Positions 13,640 through 26,685 of a stretch of DNA of 64,000 nt are shown piece after piece. Origin of the DNA: Camelus dromedarius (taxonomy: Eukaryota). The stretch is from contig NC_087436.1 in the NCBI RefSeq assembly GCF_036321535.1, forward strand, positions 96,846,001 through 96,910,000, written 5' to 3'. Position 1 is the stretch's first letter, and the number at the start of each line of letters is the position of its first letter. Made by a program: the position numbers and the translations under genes. The notes under the pieces were generated by a model. It saw only the letters and a list, made by a program, of their open reading frames with translations, searched no databases and was not told the origin of the DNA.

Positions 13640-14070
13640 GGAGTAGTGCATGGTTAGCTGTGTGTACTCTGGAACCCACTACCTGGCTATATCTCAGCTC
13701 AGTGATTCATTGAATTTTCATTTCTCCGTTGTTAGAGTGGGATTAATTATAGTATTTATGTCATAGTGTTGTTGTGAAGATTAAACAAAATAAAGCCTAT
13801 AGCATCTTGTACATATACAATTTCAGAATAGGTGTTCAATAAATACCATTTTTATTATTTTTTGATAATGATGGTACTTAATAAAAATAGTATTGAGCAT
13901 GGAGTCAGCAGTTTAGGGCTTACTTTTCTGGTCTGTAATTTTCTAGCTATGTGAAATTGTGTATTTAACTACATGCAGCCTCATATTTTTCTTCTGCAAA
14001 ATGCTGAATATACACCAAAATTAGATAAAGTATGTGAAAGAATCCAGCTCAGACCTTGGTCACATGATAA
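13640..14070 (+). mobile_element. Two adjacent MIR fragments
   Basis: 'gttgttgtgaagattaaacaaaataaagcctatagca' and 'gcctcatatttttcttctgcaaaatg...ttagataaagtatgtgaaag'. Confidence 0.5.
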
Positions 14071-16005
14071 ATCAGCATTTTCTATTATAAATACACATTG
14101 AATTAAATTAGTGGGGAATATAATCAGTGTTGGTTCTGTGAACAAATATTTTTATTATATAAGATAGATTTTAAACCTCTATTCAGATTAATTTTGAGTG
14201 ACGTTTTATTGTGTATGTTTGAAAAGGGAGAGAAAACTTATCCACTGACATGAAGCACTTATAAGATAAGCATACCAACTGCAGCTAAGGAGCATGGCCT
14301 CTGGAAATGTGAGTCATGGTAATGAAGACGCTATATAAATCTAAAGACTTATGGTTAAGATACATTCTCTATGTCACATACAAGGTCAAAAAATGGTTCT
14401 AGAAGTAAAGGAAAACAGTATATGGCAGAGATTTCAGGGGCTTTACTGTTGCTATAATATAATTGTTCTTTGGGGGTTGTAGTTAGAGTGAGACTAGCAT
14501 TTTGTTGAAGTCTATCTAGACTCTCTTCCCCTCTCCAACATTCTGGCCATGTGTATCAGTATTCAGAAGAAAGTAAGAGTTTCTTACAGGAGGACTTGAC
14601 TTTACAGAGACTGTCAAAAAGAATGAGTCACTCTTAGGACTGATTCCAGAAAATCTGTTGCCAAGCTGCAGTTGCTAATGCAGTCGTCTAGATTGTGGTG
14701 CCCATGGAATACAGTGCAAGGAAAATTTGTCCTTGTCATTGTATGGCCAAAGTCCTCTTAAAAGATAGAAGAAAATTAATTAGACTGCAAATTCATCCAT
14801 AAAATAAAAGGACAGGCTACCTGGGCAAGGGATCTAGAAGAGGAAGACTCATTTCCATTAAGAAACTCTTCGTGTTTAGCTCAAGTAGCATACATTTGTG
14901 CAATACAGATAATAGTTTGTTATTATTATGTCCAATCCTGCAGTTGGTCAAGGAAGAACTAAAATGAATATTTTATCATTGCTTATTATACATATAATAC
15001 TCACTCTGAAAACATCACCAAATTTGGAGATCTTAAGAATCTTAGGAAAACATTTAAATGAAATAAAAATTGAGCCAGTTAGACTCTGGAAGATCTTAAA
15101 AAATAAATAAAATACTTGCTGCATAAAGTCCATGAAAAACTAAATCAGGAAAGAGTTGTCTTACACTTATTTCAACCATCATAATGGAAATATATGATTA
15201 TACAGTTAAAAATGACTTGCCATTGAAAGTACTTACTTTCTAGATGCTTTTTCTATTTAACAGCAAGAAGAAAGTTTTTTTTTTAAGAATATAGAACATG
15301 GAGACATGTCTTTTTACCTAAAAAAAGTGATTTCATCCTTATTCCTGACTGTTGAGCAGTATGACTTTCCTGAAATGATAAAAGTAAATTTTGCAAAAAT
15401 AAGACTAGATTAACTGAAAGATTCCCAACCACTTTACCAAAGGGGAAAAAAATGGCCCTACAGGTTGTACACTTTCACAGAACTTGGACAACTGAAGAGA
15501 AGACACAAGTAACATTATCTCCCACTAGGAAAATAATATAGTTTTTGACATAATGTAGTGGAGAGAAAACTGGATTTAACTCATCTCAAGTAGGTTTTCA
15601 TTCTTTAATTTATGACTTGTAGATATAAAAAGGGCAGTAGAGACTGACTATTTTATGCTTCATAGGCATCATTCCCCTGATATAGAAAAGTGGTGATTCT
15701 GTTTTCTCTATATTAATAAGCACTAAATATAAACACAATAGCTAGAAAAATAAGGAAAATTTAATATTTATCATGTCCAAAATGTTTTGAGCAAGTGATG
15801 ATGGAATCACATAATAAATTTTGTGTCAGGGGCAGAGAAAAATAAATAGATCTTTACTTATGAAAATCCCTACACCCTTTACCTCACCACTGAGGCTCTC
15901 AGAATTCCATGTGATTAAGAATAAATATTACAAAAAATTACAGTCAGGATGGAGTCAGTTTGATGAATACAAAATGGCTCCATCAAAAAGAAATTTTAGA
16001 AATTT

Positions 16006-16540
16006 TGCTTTTTCTGCATCTATTAAGATGATCATGTGATTTTTGTCCTTTTTTTTTTTTTTTTTTTTGGTTGATGTAGTTTATCACCTTGATTGATTGG
16101 CATATGTTGAACAATCCTTGTGTCCCTGGGAGGAATCCAAATTGATCATAGTGTATGATCTTTTTTATCTGTTGTTGGATTCTGTTTGCTAATTTTTTTT
16201 TGATAATTGTTGCATCTATATTCACCAGAGATATTGGTCTATAATTTCTTTTTTGGTAGTGTCTTTGTCTGGTTTTGGTATCAGGGTGACAGTAGCTTCA
16301 TAGAATGAGTTTGGGAGTGTTCCCTCCTCTTCAGTCTTTTGAGAGAGTTTGAGAAGGATAGGTATAATTTCTTTGTATGTTTGATAGAATTCCCCAGTGA
16401 AGCCATCCAGTCCCAGAATTTTGTTTGCAGGGAGTATTTTTTTTAATTACTGATTCTGCTTCAGTTCTAGTGATTGATCTGTTCAAATTATCTTATTTCT
16501 TCTTGATTCAATTTTGGTGGACTGTATGTTTCTAAAAACT
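16006..16540 (-). mobile_element. Inverted 5' segment of an L1 (ORF2 RT-upstream part; twin priming)
   Basis: ORF 15983..16225(-) reads [37 protein letters not shown] (L1 ORF2). The segment ends at 'gatgcagaaaaagca', where the plus-strand segment resumes ('aaagcatttga'). Confidence 0.9.
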
Positions 16541-16554
16541 AAAGCATTTGAATT

Positions 16555-16587
16555 TTAGCTCAGTTGGTTAGAGCTTGGTGCTAATAA
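16555..16587 (+). pseudogene. Tailless tRNA-Ile(AAT) 5'-half retropseudogene
   Basis: 'ttagctcagttggttagagcttggtgctaataa' matches the D-arm to anticodon of mammalian tRNA-Ile-AAT as recalled (1 mismatch in 33). It is flanked by the perfect 19-bp repeat taaaaactaaagcatttga (16533-16551 and 16585-16603). Confidence 0.85.
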
Positions 16588-16590
16588 AAA

Positions 16591-18708
16591 CTAAAGCATT
16601 TGATGTAATTCAACATCCATTTATGATTAAAAAAAACTGTTACCAAATTGGGCATAGAAGAAACATATCTCAACATAATAAAAGCTATTTATGACAAACC
16701 TATAGCCAATATAATATGTAACAGTGAAAAGTTGAAAGCCTTCCTGCTAAAATCTGGAAAAGATAAGGATGCCTACTGTCACCATTTCTGTTCAACATAG
16801 TATTGAAAGTCCTAGCCATTGCAATCAGGCAAGAGAAAGGCATAGAAGAGATCCAAATTAGAAGAGAAGAGGTAAAATTGTCACTATATGCAGATGACAA
16901 GATACTATATATAGAAAACCCTAAGGACTCCACACAAAAGCTATAGGAGCTGATAAAAGAATTTAGCAAGGTAGCAGGATACAATATTAACATAGAGAAA
17001 TTACTTGCATTTCTTTACACTAACAATGAAATATCGGAAAAGAAAAGTAAAGAAAGAAATCCCTTTTAAAATCCCATCAGAAAAAAAATACTTAGGAATA
17101 AACCTGTCCAAAGAGGTGAAAGACTTACATGCTGAGAACTATAAAACACTGGTTAAGGAAGTAAAAGATGATTTAAAGAAATGGAAAGATATCCCATGCT
17201 CTTGGATTGGAAGAATCAATATTGTTAAAATGGTCTTAACTACCCAAAACAATCTACAGATTTAATGCAATCCCTGTCAAATTGCCCAGGACGTTTTTCA
17301 CAAACCTAGAACAAATAATCCTCAAATTTATATGGAATTTCAAAAGACCCAGAATTGTGAAAGCAATACCGAACAAAAAGAATGAAGCTGGAAGGATAAC
17401 CCTCCCAGACTTCAGACAATACTACAGAGTTACAGTAATCAAAACAGCATAGCATTGGTACAAAAACAGACATGTGGATCGATAGAACATAACAGAGAGT
17501 CCAGAAATAGACCTTCACATCTATGGCCAATTAATTTTTGACAAAGGAGACAAGAATATACAATGGAGAAAAAGCAGTCTCTTCAACAAGTGGTGCTGGG
17601 AAAACTGGACAGTCACATGTAAATCAATGAAGTTAGCACACTCCCTCACACCATACACAAACATAAACTCAAAAGGGCTTAAAGACTTAAACATAAGATA
17701 GGATATTATAAACCCCTCGAAGAAAAAATTCACTGATATAAATTATAGCAATCGTCTCTTAGGGCAGGCTACCAAGACAATAGAAATAAAAGCAAAAATA
17801 AACAAATGGGACCTAATAATAATCAAACTTATAAGCTTTTGTATAGGAAAGTAAGTGATAAACAAAACAAAAAGACAACCTATGGAATGGGAGAATATAT
17901 TTGCAAACAATGCAGCTGACAAGGGATTAATTTCCAGAATATACAGCTCATACAACTCAATAACAATAAAACGGACAGCCCAATAAAAACTGGGAAGAAG
18001 ATCTAAACAAACATTTCTCCAGTGAAGATATGCAAATGGCCCATAGGTACATGAAAAAATTCTCAATATTGCTAATTAACAGAGAAATGCAAATCAAAAT
18101 TACTATGAGGTATTACCTCACATAGGTCAGAATGGCCATCATTAAAAAGTCCACAAACAATAAATGATGGAGAGGGTGTGGAGAAAAGGGAACCCTCCTA
18201 CACTATTGGTGGGAATGTAGTTTGGTGCACTTATTGTAGAAAATAGTATGGAGATTCCTCAAAAAACTCATAATAGACTTACCCTATGTACAGCGATCCC
18301 ACTCCTGGGAATATATCTGGAGGAAACTCTAATTCGAGAAGATACATACACCTCAGTGTTTTTAGCAGCACTAGTTACAATAGTGAAGACATGGAGGTGA
18401 CTAAATGTCCATCAAGAGATGGACTGGATAAAGAAATTGTGGTTTATATATATGCAATGAAGTATTCCTCAGCCATAAAAGTAAGAACAAAATAATGCCA
18501 TTTGTAGCAACATAGGTGGATCTAGAGATTACCATACTAAGTGAAGTAAGCCAGGTAGAGAAAAATACCATATGATATCACTACATGTGGAATCTTAAAA
18601 AAAAGGACACAAATGAACTTACAAAACAGAGGTAGACTCACAGACATGGAAAACAAGCTTATGATTACTAACAGGGAAAGGGGATGGAGAGGGGTAAATT
18701 GGGAGTTC
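16591..18708 (+). mobile_element. L1 ORF2 3' half and start of 3' UTR (decayed)
   Basis: 'tatgcagatgac' (YADD RT motif) at ~16887; [49 protein letters not shown] in ORF 17005..17265; the 3' UTR is cut at ~18708. Confidence 0.9.
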
Positions 18709-21700
18709 AAAAGCAGTTTTAAGTGAGAAGTTCATAGCCATACAAAACTACCTCAAATAAGAAAAATCCCTAATAAACCTTCTAAATGTATATTTTAAGA
18801 AACTAGAGAAAGAACAAGCACTCAAGAGTTAGTAGGAGGGTGGAAATAATAAATCAGAGTAGAAATAAATAAAATGGAGAACAACAAAAACAAAATAGCA
18901 ATAGAAACTATCAGTGAAACTTAGAGCTAGTTCTTTAAAAATATACACTAAACTGACAAACTTTTAGCCAGACTCATCAAGAAAAAAGAGAGAGAGCCCA
19001 AATAAAATCAGAGATGATAGAGAGTTATAACCAACACTGCAGAAATACAAAGAATCATGAGACTACTACAGACAATTATATGCTAAAAATTGGACAACCT
19101 AGAAGAAAGGGATAAATTCCTAGAAATATTCAATCTTCCAAGACTGAATTAGGAAGAAATAGAAAATCTGAACAGATCAATTTACTAGTAATAAAATTGA
19201 ATTAGTGACAAAATAATCCTGACAAAATTCTAGGATGATTCAGGTTCACAGATGAATTCTACCAAAGGTTTAAAGAAGAGTTAATACTTACTCTTCTCAA
19301 ACTATTCCAGAAATTGAAGCAGAAGGAATGCTTCTAAGTGCATTCTATGAGGCCAGTATTTCCAGATACCAAAACCAAAGACCCTACAAAAAAAAAAAAG
19401 AAAATTACAGGCTAAAATCCTTGATGAACATAGATGCAAAAAATCCTTAACAAACGAAGTTCAGCAATACATTAAAAGGAACATCCAAACCATGGTCTGG
19501 TGGGGTTTATTCCAGGGATGCAAGAATAGTTCAGTATCTACAAATCAATCAACACGATTCACCACATCAACAAAACAAAGAATAAAATTGTATTTTCTCA
19601 ATGGATGAAGAAAAAGCATTTGACAAAATTTAACATCCCTTTACAATAAAAACTCTCAACATAGTGTCTACAGAGGAAACATATCTCAACATAACAAAGG
19701 CCAAATATGACAAGCCACAACTAACATAATATTCAATGTTGAAAAACTAAAAGCTTTTCCTCTAAGATCAGGAACAAGACAAAGACATCCAATCTCATCA
19801 CTTTGATTTAACATAGTATTGGAAGTCCTAGACCCAGTAATCATACAAGAAAAAGAAATGCAAAGCATCCAAATTGGAAAAGAAGAGGTGAAACTGTCAA
19901 TATTTGCCGATAACATGATGTTATTTATATAGAAAACCTTGAAGATTTTACCAAAAAAGTATTTGAAATAATAGATGAATTCAATAAAGTTTCAGAATAC
20001 AAAAGTAGTATGTAGAAATCTGCTGCATTGTTATGCACTGATAACAAACAATCAGAAAGAGGAAGTAAGAAAACAATTTGCTTTACAGTTGCATCAAAAA
20101 GAGGAAAATAACTAGGAATAAATTTTAACCAAGGAAATAAAAGACCTGTACTCTAAAGACTGTAAGACATTTAATAAAAGCAACTGAAGATGACACAAAT
20201 AATTGTGAAGGTATATTGTGTGCATGGACTGGAAAAATTAATATTATTAAAATGTTCATGCTACCCAAAACAATCTACATATTCAATGCAATCCCTATCA
20301 AAATACCCATGATGTTTTTCACAAAACTGGAAGAAATAATCCTAAAATTTGTGTAGAATAGACAAAGAAATATTGAGAAAGAAGAACAAACCCAGAGGTA
20401 TCCTGACCCTTGATTTTAAACTATACTACAAAGATATTGTAATCAAAACAATATTGTAATGGCACAAAAACAGACATGCAGATCTATGGGAACAGAATAG
20501 AGAACACAGAGATGAACCCATGCTTACAAAAGCCAGTTAGTCTATGAGAAATGAGGCAAGAATGTACAATGGGGAAATGACAGTTTCTTTCAATAAATGG
20601 TGTTGGGAAAGCTAGTCACATGAAAAAGATTGAAACTGGCTAACTTTCTTACACCATATGCAAAAATTAACTAAAAATGGATTAAAGACTTAAGTGTAAG
20701 ACCTGAAACCATAAAACGTACGCAATAAACCCTCTAACATCAGTCTTAGCAATATGCTTTGGATCTGTCATCTGAGGCAACGCAACAAAAGAAAAAATAA
20801 ACAAGAGGGGCTGCATCAAACTAGAAAGGCTTTGCCTGGCAAAGGAAACCATCAAAAAGGAAAAGACAGCCTACTGGTTGAGAGAAGATACTTGCAAATG
20901 ATATTTATGATTAGGGCTTAATATCCAAATTATATAAAACTCTCATACAATTCAATATCAAAAAACCATACAATCTATAAAAAATGAGCAGTGGCCCTGA
21001 ATAGACATTTTTCTAAAGAAGACATACAGATATCCAAAAGGCACATGAAAATCTGCTTATCACTAATCATGAAAATACAAATCAAAACCACAGTGAGATA
21101 ACATATCTGTCAGAATGGTTATTATCAAAAAGGCAACAACAACAAAAAAACAAGTTTTGGTGAAGATCTGGAGAAAAGGGAACCCTCATGCACTGTTGGT
21201 GAAATGTAAACTGATACAGCCTGTATGGAAGACAATATGGAAGTTTCTCAAAAAATTAAAAGCAGAACTACATTATGATCCAGCAGTTCTACTAGGCATT
21301 TATCTAAGGAAAATGAAAACACTAATTCAAAAAGATATATGCACTCCAATATGCAGCATTATTTACAATAGCAAAGATATGTATCTATTAATGGATGAAT
21401 GGATAAAGAATATGTTGTTTATATATAGACAATGGAATTTTACTCAGCCATAAAAAGAATGAAATCTTACCATTGTTACAACAAAGAGGGACACAGAGAG
21501 TATAATGCTAAGTGAAATAAGTCACACAAAGAAAGACATATACAATATGATTTCACTTTATGTGGAATCTAAAAACAAACTAACATAAAACAGAAACAGA
21601 CTCATGGATACAAAGAACAGACTAGTGGTTGCCAGAGAAGAGTGGTGTAGGGTGCTCAGTGAAATAGTTGAAGATTATTAAGAGATACAAACTTCCAGTT

Positions 21701-22550
21701 ATAAAATTAATAACTGATGGGGGTAAATCCAACATAGGGAATATAGTGAATAATATTGTAATAACTTTGTATGGTGATAGATGATAACTAGACTTATCAT
21801 GGTGATCACATTGTAATGTCCAAAAATATCAAATCACTACATTGTACACTGTGGGAGCCCATGATTGGGTTAACAAATTGTAACACACCCCAGCTGCTTA
21901 TCTCCTTGAAGAAGAGCAAATGTGCTTAGTAACCTCCTTACTTGCATAGTTGAGGTTTTAGCAACGACCCAGGCCCTCAGCTATAAACGCTGGGTGTGTC
22001 TGCTGTTAGATAGTCTTCTATCCCCAAAACAGCCTTGAACTGGAATGGTAAACAACTTACAAAAAGTTACAGACTCAGAGGTGAGAAGGCTGGTTAGCCA
22101 GTGACAAGTAAGATCCCCTGAGGGGGGCAACCTAAGACACAGGGACAGCAGCCTGAGTCCAAGAAAACTGTTAAGCAGCTGATTCTCATACATTCTGCCC
22201 TGATAAGCTGAAAGGCTCAACATGAATATGATTTACCAAAAAGGGTCTTCTGACCTTGAGCCAAACACCAACAATAAACAAAGCCTTTGTACTCATTGTG
22301 ATCCCACCCTGTCCTTCTCTAAATTCCTGCATTCCTCCTTTGCCTGTACTCAATAAATATGGGAGATTTGAGAGGCTTGAGGAGTTGGCTCCCAACTCCC
22401 TCTCACTCTCTTGACTTTTTCCACACAGTCTCGAGTAATTCATTCTGTCTCGGTGGGACTTCTGCTGGCCAGAACCCACAACTGGTGACGAACCCACAGT
22501 ACACCTTAAACTAATATATTGTAAGTCAATTATATTTCAATAAATAAAAA
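18709..22550 (+). mobile_element. Second, more decayed 5'-truncated L1 (ORF2 + 3' UTR), interrupted by an LTR
   Basis: Continuous ORF2 motifs with many stops ('atgaacatagatgcaaaa', 'tatttgccgataacatgat'); the 3' end 'gtaagtcaattatatttcaataaataaaaa' lies at ~22520-22550. Confidence 0.9.
21850..22498 (+). mobile_element. Solo LTR (probably class II/ERV2-like) with 6-bp TSD
   Basis: Starts TGTGGG and ends CCCACA (inverted termini). TSD gtacac at 21844-21849 and 22499-22504; AATAAA near 22272 and 22353. The L1 sequence rejoins when the LTR is removed. Confidence 0.9.
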
Positions 22551-23269
22551 TACTTTAGAAGTATTTGAGAAACTGGACAAATTCTAGAGGCCAAGATTCA
22601 TCAGTTACACTCTTTGTACTACTCTTGACATCATGGTTAACCTCAGGCAGTGGAACATTCTATTTAATAGAATTTAAATTTGTGTTTGCCTCTCTTAGCA
22701 AAAGCAGATATCTAAATTTGTTATTTGAGCATGGTGTCATGGATTTAAATCATATTTTTAGCATTATTCAATCTAATGCTTTTAAGGTGTAATTTTTACT
22801 GGATCATGGCCCCTCATCAGTATGTCCTCTTTGTTCCATTCAAACTACCAAGGGCTATAGTCATAATGATCTCCCCAAACTATAAGAAACTGTGAAGTGA
22901 AAATCACCCTCTATCTCTTTTTGAAGATTTCAAAAGCAGACATCTTGCCTTTCCCTCCAATTTTCACTTTCCAAATCCTGTATGGAAATGCAAAAAAAGT
23001 AGAGAAGTAACTGAATTGAGAAGTAATCTCTCAATTCACTGGAAAATTTGGGAGAAAAGATATTGAGTTTCATCATGTGAAATTTGATTTTTTAAAAATT
23101 CATGGCTAAAATTAGAAAATAAGTTGTTGGAATTGAGCTCTACTGTATGTTGTTCTTTGAAATATCCCCAACTTGAAAGAATTGTACCAGTAAAAGAGTA
23201 GTAAATATATTATTTATTTGTCAGCAGTTTAGTCCCTGGAGTAGAGAAAATTATTTTTGTAAATCTTAT

Positions 23270-23440
23270 TTCATCATGAATCAATTAAGTGCTTCTTCTG
23301 TAAAGTAGGGTTAACATTAGTTCTCTGTCATAGGAGATTGATAATTAAATAATATAACTAATTAACTAAATAATATACCTTATGTATATATAAACCATGG
23401 TGTTTGGTACATGGTAACCACTCAACAAATGTTAGCCATT
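23270..23440 (+). mobile_element. MIR fragment
   Basis: 'cttcttctgtaaagtaggg...tttggtacatggtaaccactcaacaaatgttagccattat'. Confidence 0.55.
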
Positions 23441-24736
23441 ATCATATATATTACAGAGAAAATATTTTGTATTTATCTATGTTAAACATTTTAGTATAAT
23501 TTTTCTTTCTTTTTTTTTTAATAAAGAGCAAGTTTGTCAATTGTTTAATCTGAGATTATGCCCTTTGGATTACTTTGCTGATCAAATATTCCCTTTTGTG
23601 TCAAATGATAGTGATAGCATTACTTAATGGTAGTTATTTTTATTCTAATATTCTTATCTGACAAAATTAATATTTAAGTAGGAGGGAAAATTAGAGAACA
23701 AAAGGTAGGGCTGTTAATAATATTATACCCTAGAAGTTGTGTAAAGAATAAGCTTTAAAACGTAAAAATAGTTGAAAGCATCAAGGACTGCTAGGAGAGC
23801 TGGAGGATAAAACATTTAAAGATACTGGTTTTACCAATAGATTTCTCTAAAATTCTCTCAGAATTTGAAGCATTTAAAAGAACTCTTTAATCCTTCTCTG
23901 TCAACTGACGAATCTGATTGCATAGAATGTGGACAAAAACAAACCCAACATTTTGCACCTAGACTTTTATGGAAGGTTTTTGTGTGGATCCATTAGAATT
24001 TAGGGAAAAACTATATGCATAGCTTGCATTTTATAGTTAAGCAATACCATCAATAAAACCATCAGTGGCTTATTATTTGGATTAATTACATCTGTCATCT
24101 ATTCATTTTACCAGATGTTGAAGTTTCTCCATGGGCTTGATGGATCATATGGGTAATTAAGCAGTAAAAATATCATTAAATAATTAAATTAAATAATTAT
24201 AAATTTTTATATTTTTGTGTCAACAGAGATATTCTAATTATATATAGGGAATTCTTTAGTTATTTACAAAAACACAGAATTTTGTATTATCCTAGGGATG
24301 TATCTATCTTCAGTGGGATTTAGTTAGCTTTTAAATTATGTAAAAATCTTTAAATTTTATTTGATGTAAAAAATCAATTTATTTAACACTTAGTCAACTA
24401 TTTTTACATGTGGTATTTTAGAGAATTTTTTTTTCGCATACTCAGCTCATTGCTAACATTTAAATATTTAACTAAACAAACTAAATTTAATAATTAATAC
24501 ATGTAAAATTCTAATGTAATCTCTGTGGAAATACCAAGATGAGTAAGACATGGTCGTTTATTAAGATGAAGTCAAGGCAAATTAGCAGAGTCAAAGTAAA
24601 ATTGTTGGAGCATTCTTGGAGTCCCCAGAATTTCAATATGTATAAGTCAGGTCCAAAAATGTGAACATTAAAATGACAGCAGTAACAAAAATATATTACA
24701 TTTTTTTATTGTGACCACAGTGTAGTCAAAGGCAGT

Positions 24737-24787
24737 CATACATATTTACATACATATTTACATACATATTTACATACATATTTACAT
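24737..24787. repeat. 12-bp tandem repeat (CATACATATTTA)x4
   Basis: Four perfect copies plus 3 nt. Confidence 0.95.
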
Positions 24788-25860
24788 TCTTAAGGAGCTT
24801 TCATACTGTAGTCTTATAGTATTTCCAAAGCTGCAGGCTTCTGCCTGCAATCAGTCTTGGTATATTTATCTGAATCTGCCTCAGTATGATGGATTCCCTT
24901 ATCTCTTTCCTGAAATGGTGATTGTTCTCTACATCAGTAATGTTCCTTTTTTTTTTTTCAGGAGTTTCATTCTGCTGCTTCTTATTGAAACTGATGTCTG
25001 AATTTTGTCTTTTCAATTTCAATTGTGTCTTCTCAGTTTCATCAGTAGAACATTTCTTAGTTGTGCTAAACTAATATGTTCTCTTTACCACATATCAAAT
25101 GTTATACCAATACTAAATTATTTAGCCATTTAATCACAAGATGAATTTGAATGGTTCTTGAATGTTTAAAAATAGCTTCCTAAAATGGCCAATTAAATAT
25201 AATTGAAGAATCTTATTTTCAATGTTCACATTATGCTTACCAATAGAAAAATTTAATATGTTTCCAAGAGGAAAAAAATCTTCTGATGCCTTTAAATATC
25301 CTTTCCCTCAGAAAACCCGTTTAGAAATAGCTTATAAAATGTAAATTAATTTTACGAGAAAGGAAGAATATGTAAAATCTGCATAGTCTTTTCTGGGAAA
25401 GATGATTATAAAATAAAAATGGGTTTGACACTCAGGAAAAACTGTCTAAATTCATCCAGGTTTGAAGAAGGAAGAAACCAACAAACTGAAGAAAGATATG
25501 GCATACCATACTTTCTCTGAAACTTATAGTATTGATTTTCTAAACTTGTTAAAAGAGATGACGTAAGAAAAATCAGGCTTGGATTTAGAGGAAAGAAGCT
25601 TTATGACAATGACAGTTACTACAATTGGTGGTGGGGGGGCGAGTCAAATTGTCGTAACTTTCTACTCATACCTTGAAGTAGAGTCTTCTAAGTAAGAATT
25701 TCAAGTAGATTTCTGACTCTGAGAATACTTTTTAGTAATGTATATCCCAGGTATTTCCCTTGATATATTTATTTTACAACTATAAAATGTGAGGAATTTT
25801 TTTACAAAGTTCTCTTCTAAAAATTCTGCAAGATTTTCCAAGTTATAGTTAGTAATTAAA

Positions 25861-26685
25861 TGTGGTTGTTTTAAAGCATATCTACAGATTATTTGATACT
25901 CTTATATTCAATGGGTGAAGCTTATTTCCTCTCTGTTTGAATGGGAACAGAATACAGCAGAAGTTATAGGATGTCACTGTTGATATTAGAGCTCTTTTTT
26001 TTTAACTTTTTGCTCTATATTAGTTTATTTTTACTTTTTTAAAATCACCCCTAAATAATTTGTTGCTAGTAATTTTTAACATTTTTTTTACTGAGTTATA
26101 GTCAGTTTACAATGTTGTGTCAATTTCCAGTGTAGAGCACAATTTTTCAGTTATACATGAACATACATATATTCATTATTGCATTCTAGTAATTTTTAGC
26201 AACATGAATTCTAAAAATAAACAAGTTATTAGGTTTTAAAAAGACTGTGATCACTGTCAATTCTTAAGTCTGTTCTCTTGTTCTCTCTGTCTCAAAGCAC
26301 AGGCTTTGGGGAAGCCAGATAATATGTTTTGAAATAGTTCTATATATTCTGAAATAGTTCTAGAGGGGGGAAAACTGGCTGCCATGTTGTGAGGATGCTC
26401 AAGCAGCCAAAGAAAAGGTCATATGATAAGCCTACCAGCACTACATGAATGAGCTTAGAAGCAGAGCTTTTGAGATCTGCTAGCAGCTATGTTAATTAGC
26501 TAGGAAGCAAATCTATCAGTCCAATCTGAGATGACCACAGCCCTAACTGAGAGCTTGGCTGCAAGGTTAAGAAAGACTGAGCCAGATCACCCACCTAAAC
26601 CACCCTTAAGATGAGATAAGAAATGTTTGCTGTTTTAAGCCACTGTTTGCTTGTAAGTTATTATACAATAGATAACTATTACACT
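25861..26685 (+). mobile_element. MLT1-type MaLR LTR, interrupted at ~25990-26226
   Basis: Starts 'tgtggttg'; internal 'gctgccatgttgtgagga'; ends 'aaatgtttgctgttttaagccactg...caatagataactattaca'. Confidence 0.7.
26079..26185 (-). mobile_element. Very short young L1 3'-end insertion (camelid-like) with TSD
   Basis: Flanked by the direct repeat ctagtaattttta (26066-26078 and 26186-26198); body 'ttttactgagttatagtcagtttacaatgttgtgtcaatttccagtgtagagcacaatttttcagttatacatgaac'. Confidence 0.85.

Noticed and set aside
16555..16587. Functional tRNA gene
   Set aside because: It lacks the acceptor stem, T-arm/B-box and terminator; only the 5' half is present.
17005..21453. Several ORFs with reverse-transcriptase-like peptides
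   Set aside because: They are fragments of decayed L1 ORF2 with many stops and frameshifts, not a functional RT or a novel retroelement.
15985..22566. Possible shared TSD around both tandem L1s (aaaaagaaattttagaa versus aaaaatactttagaa)
   Set aside because: Low-complexity, multi-mismatch match, and the two L1s differ in decay and 3' UTR type.
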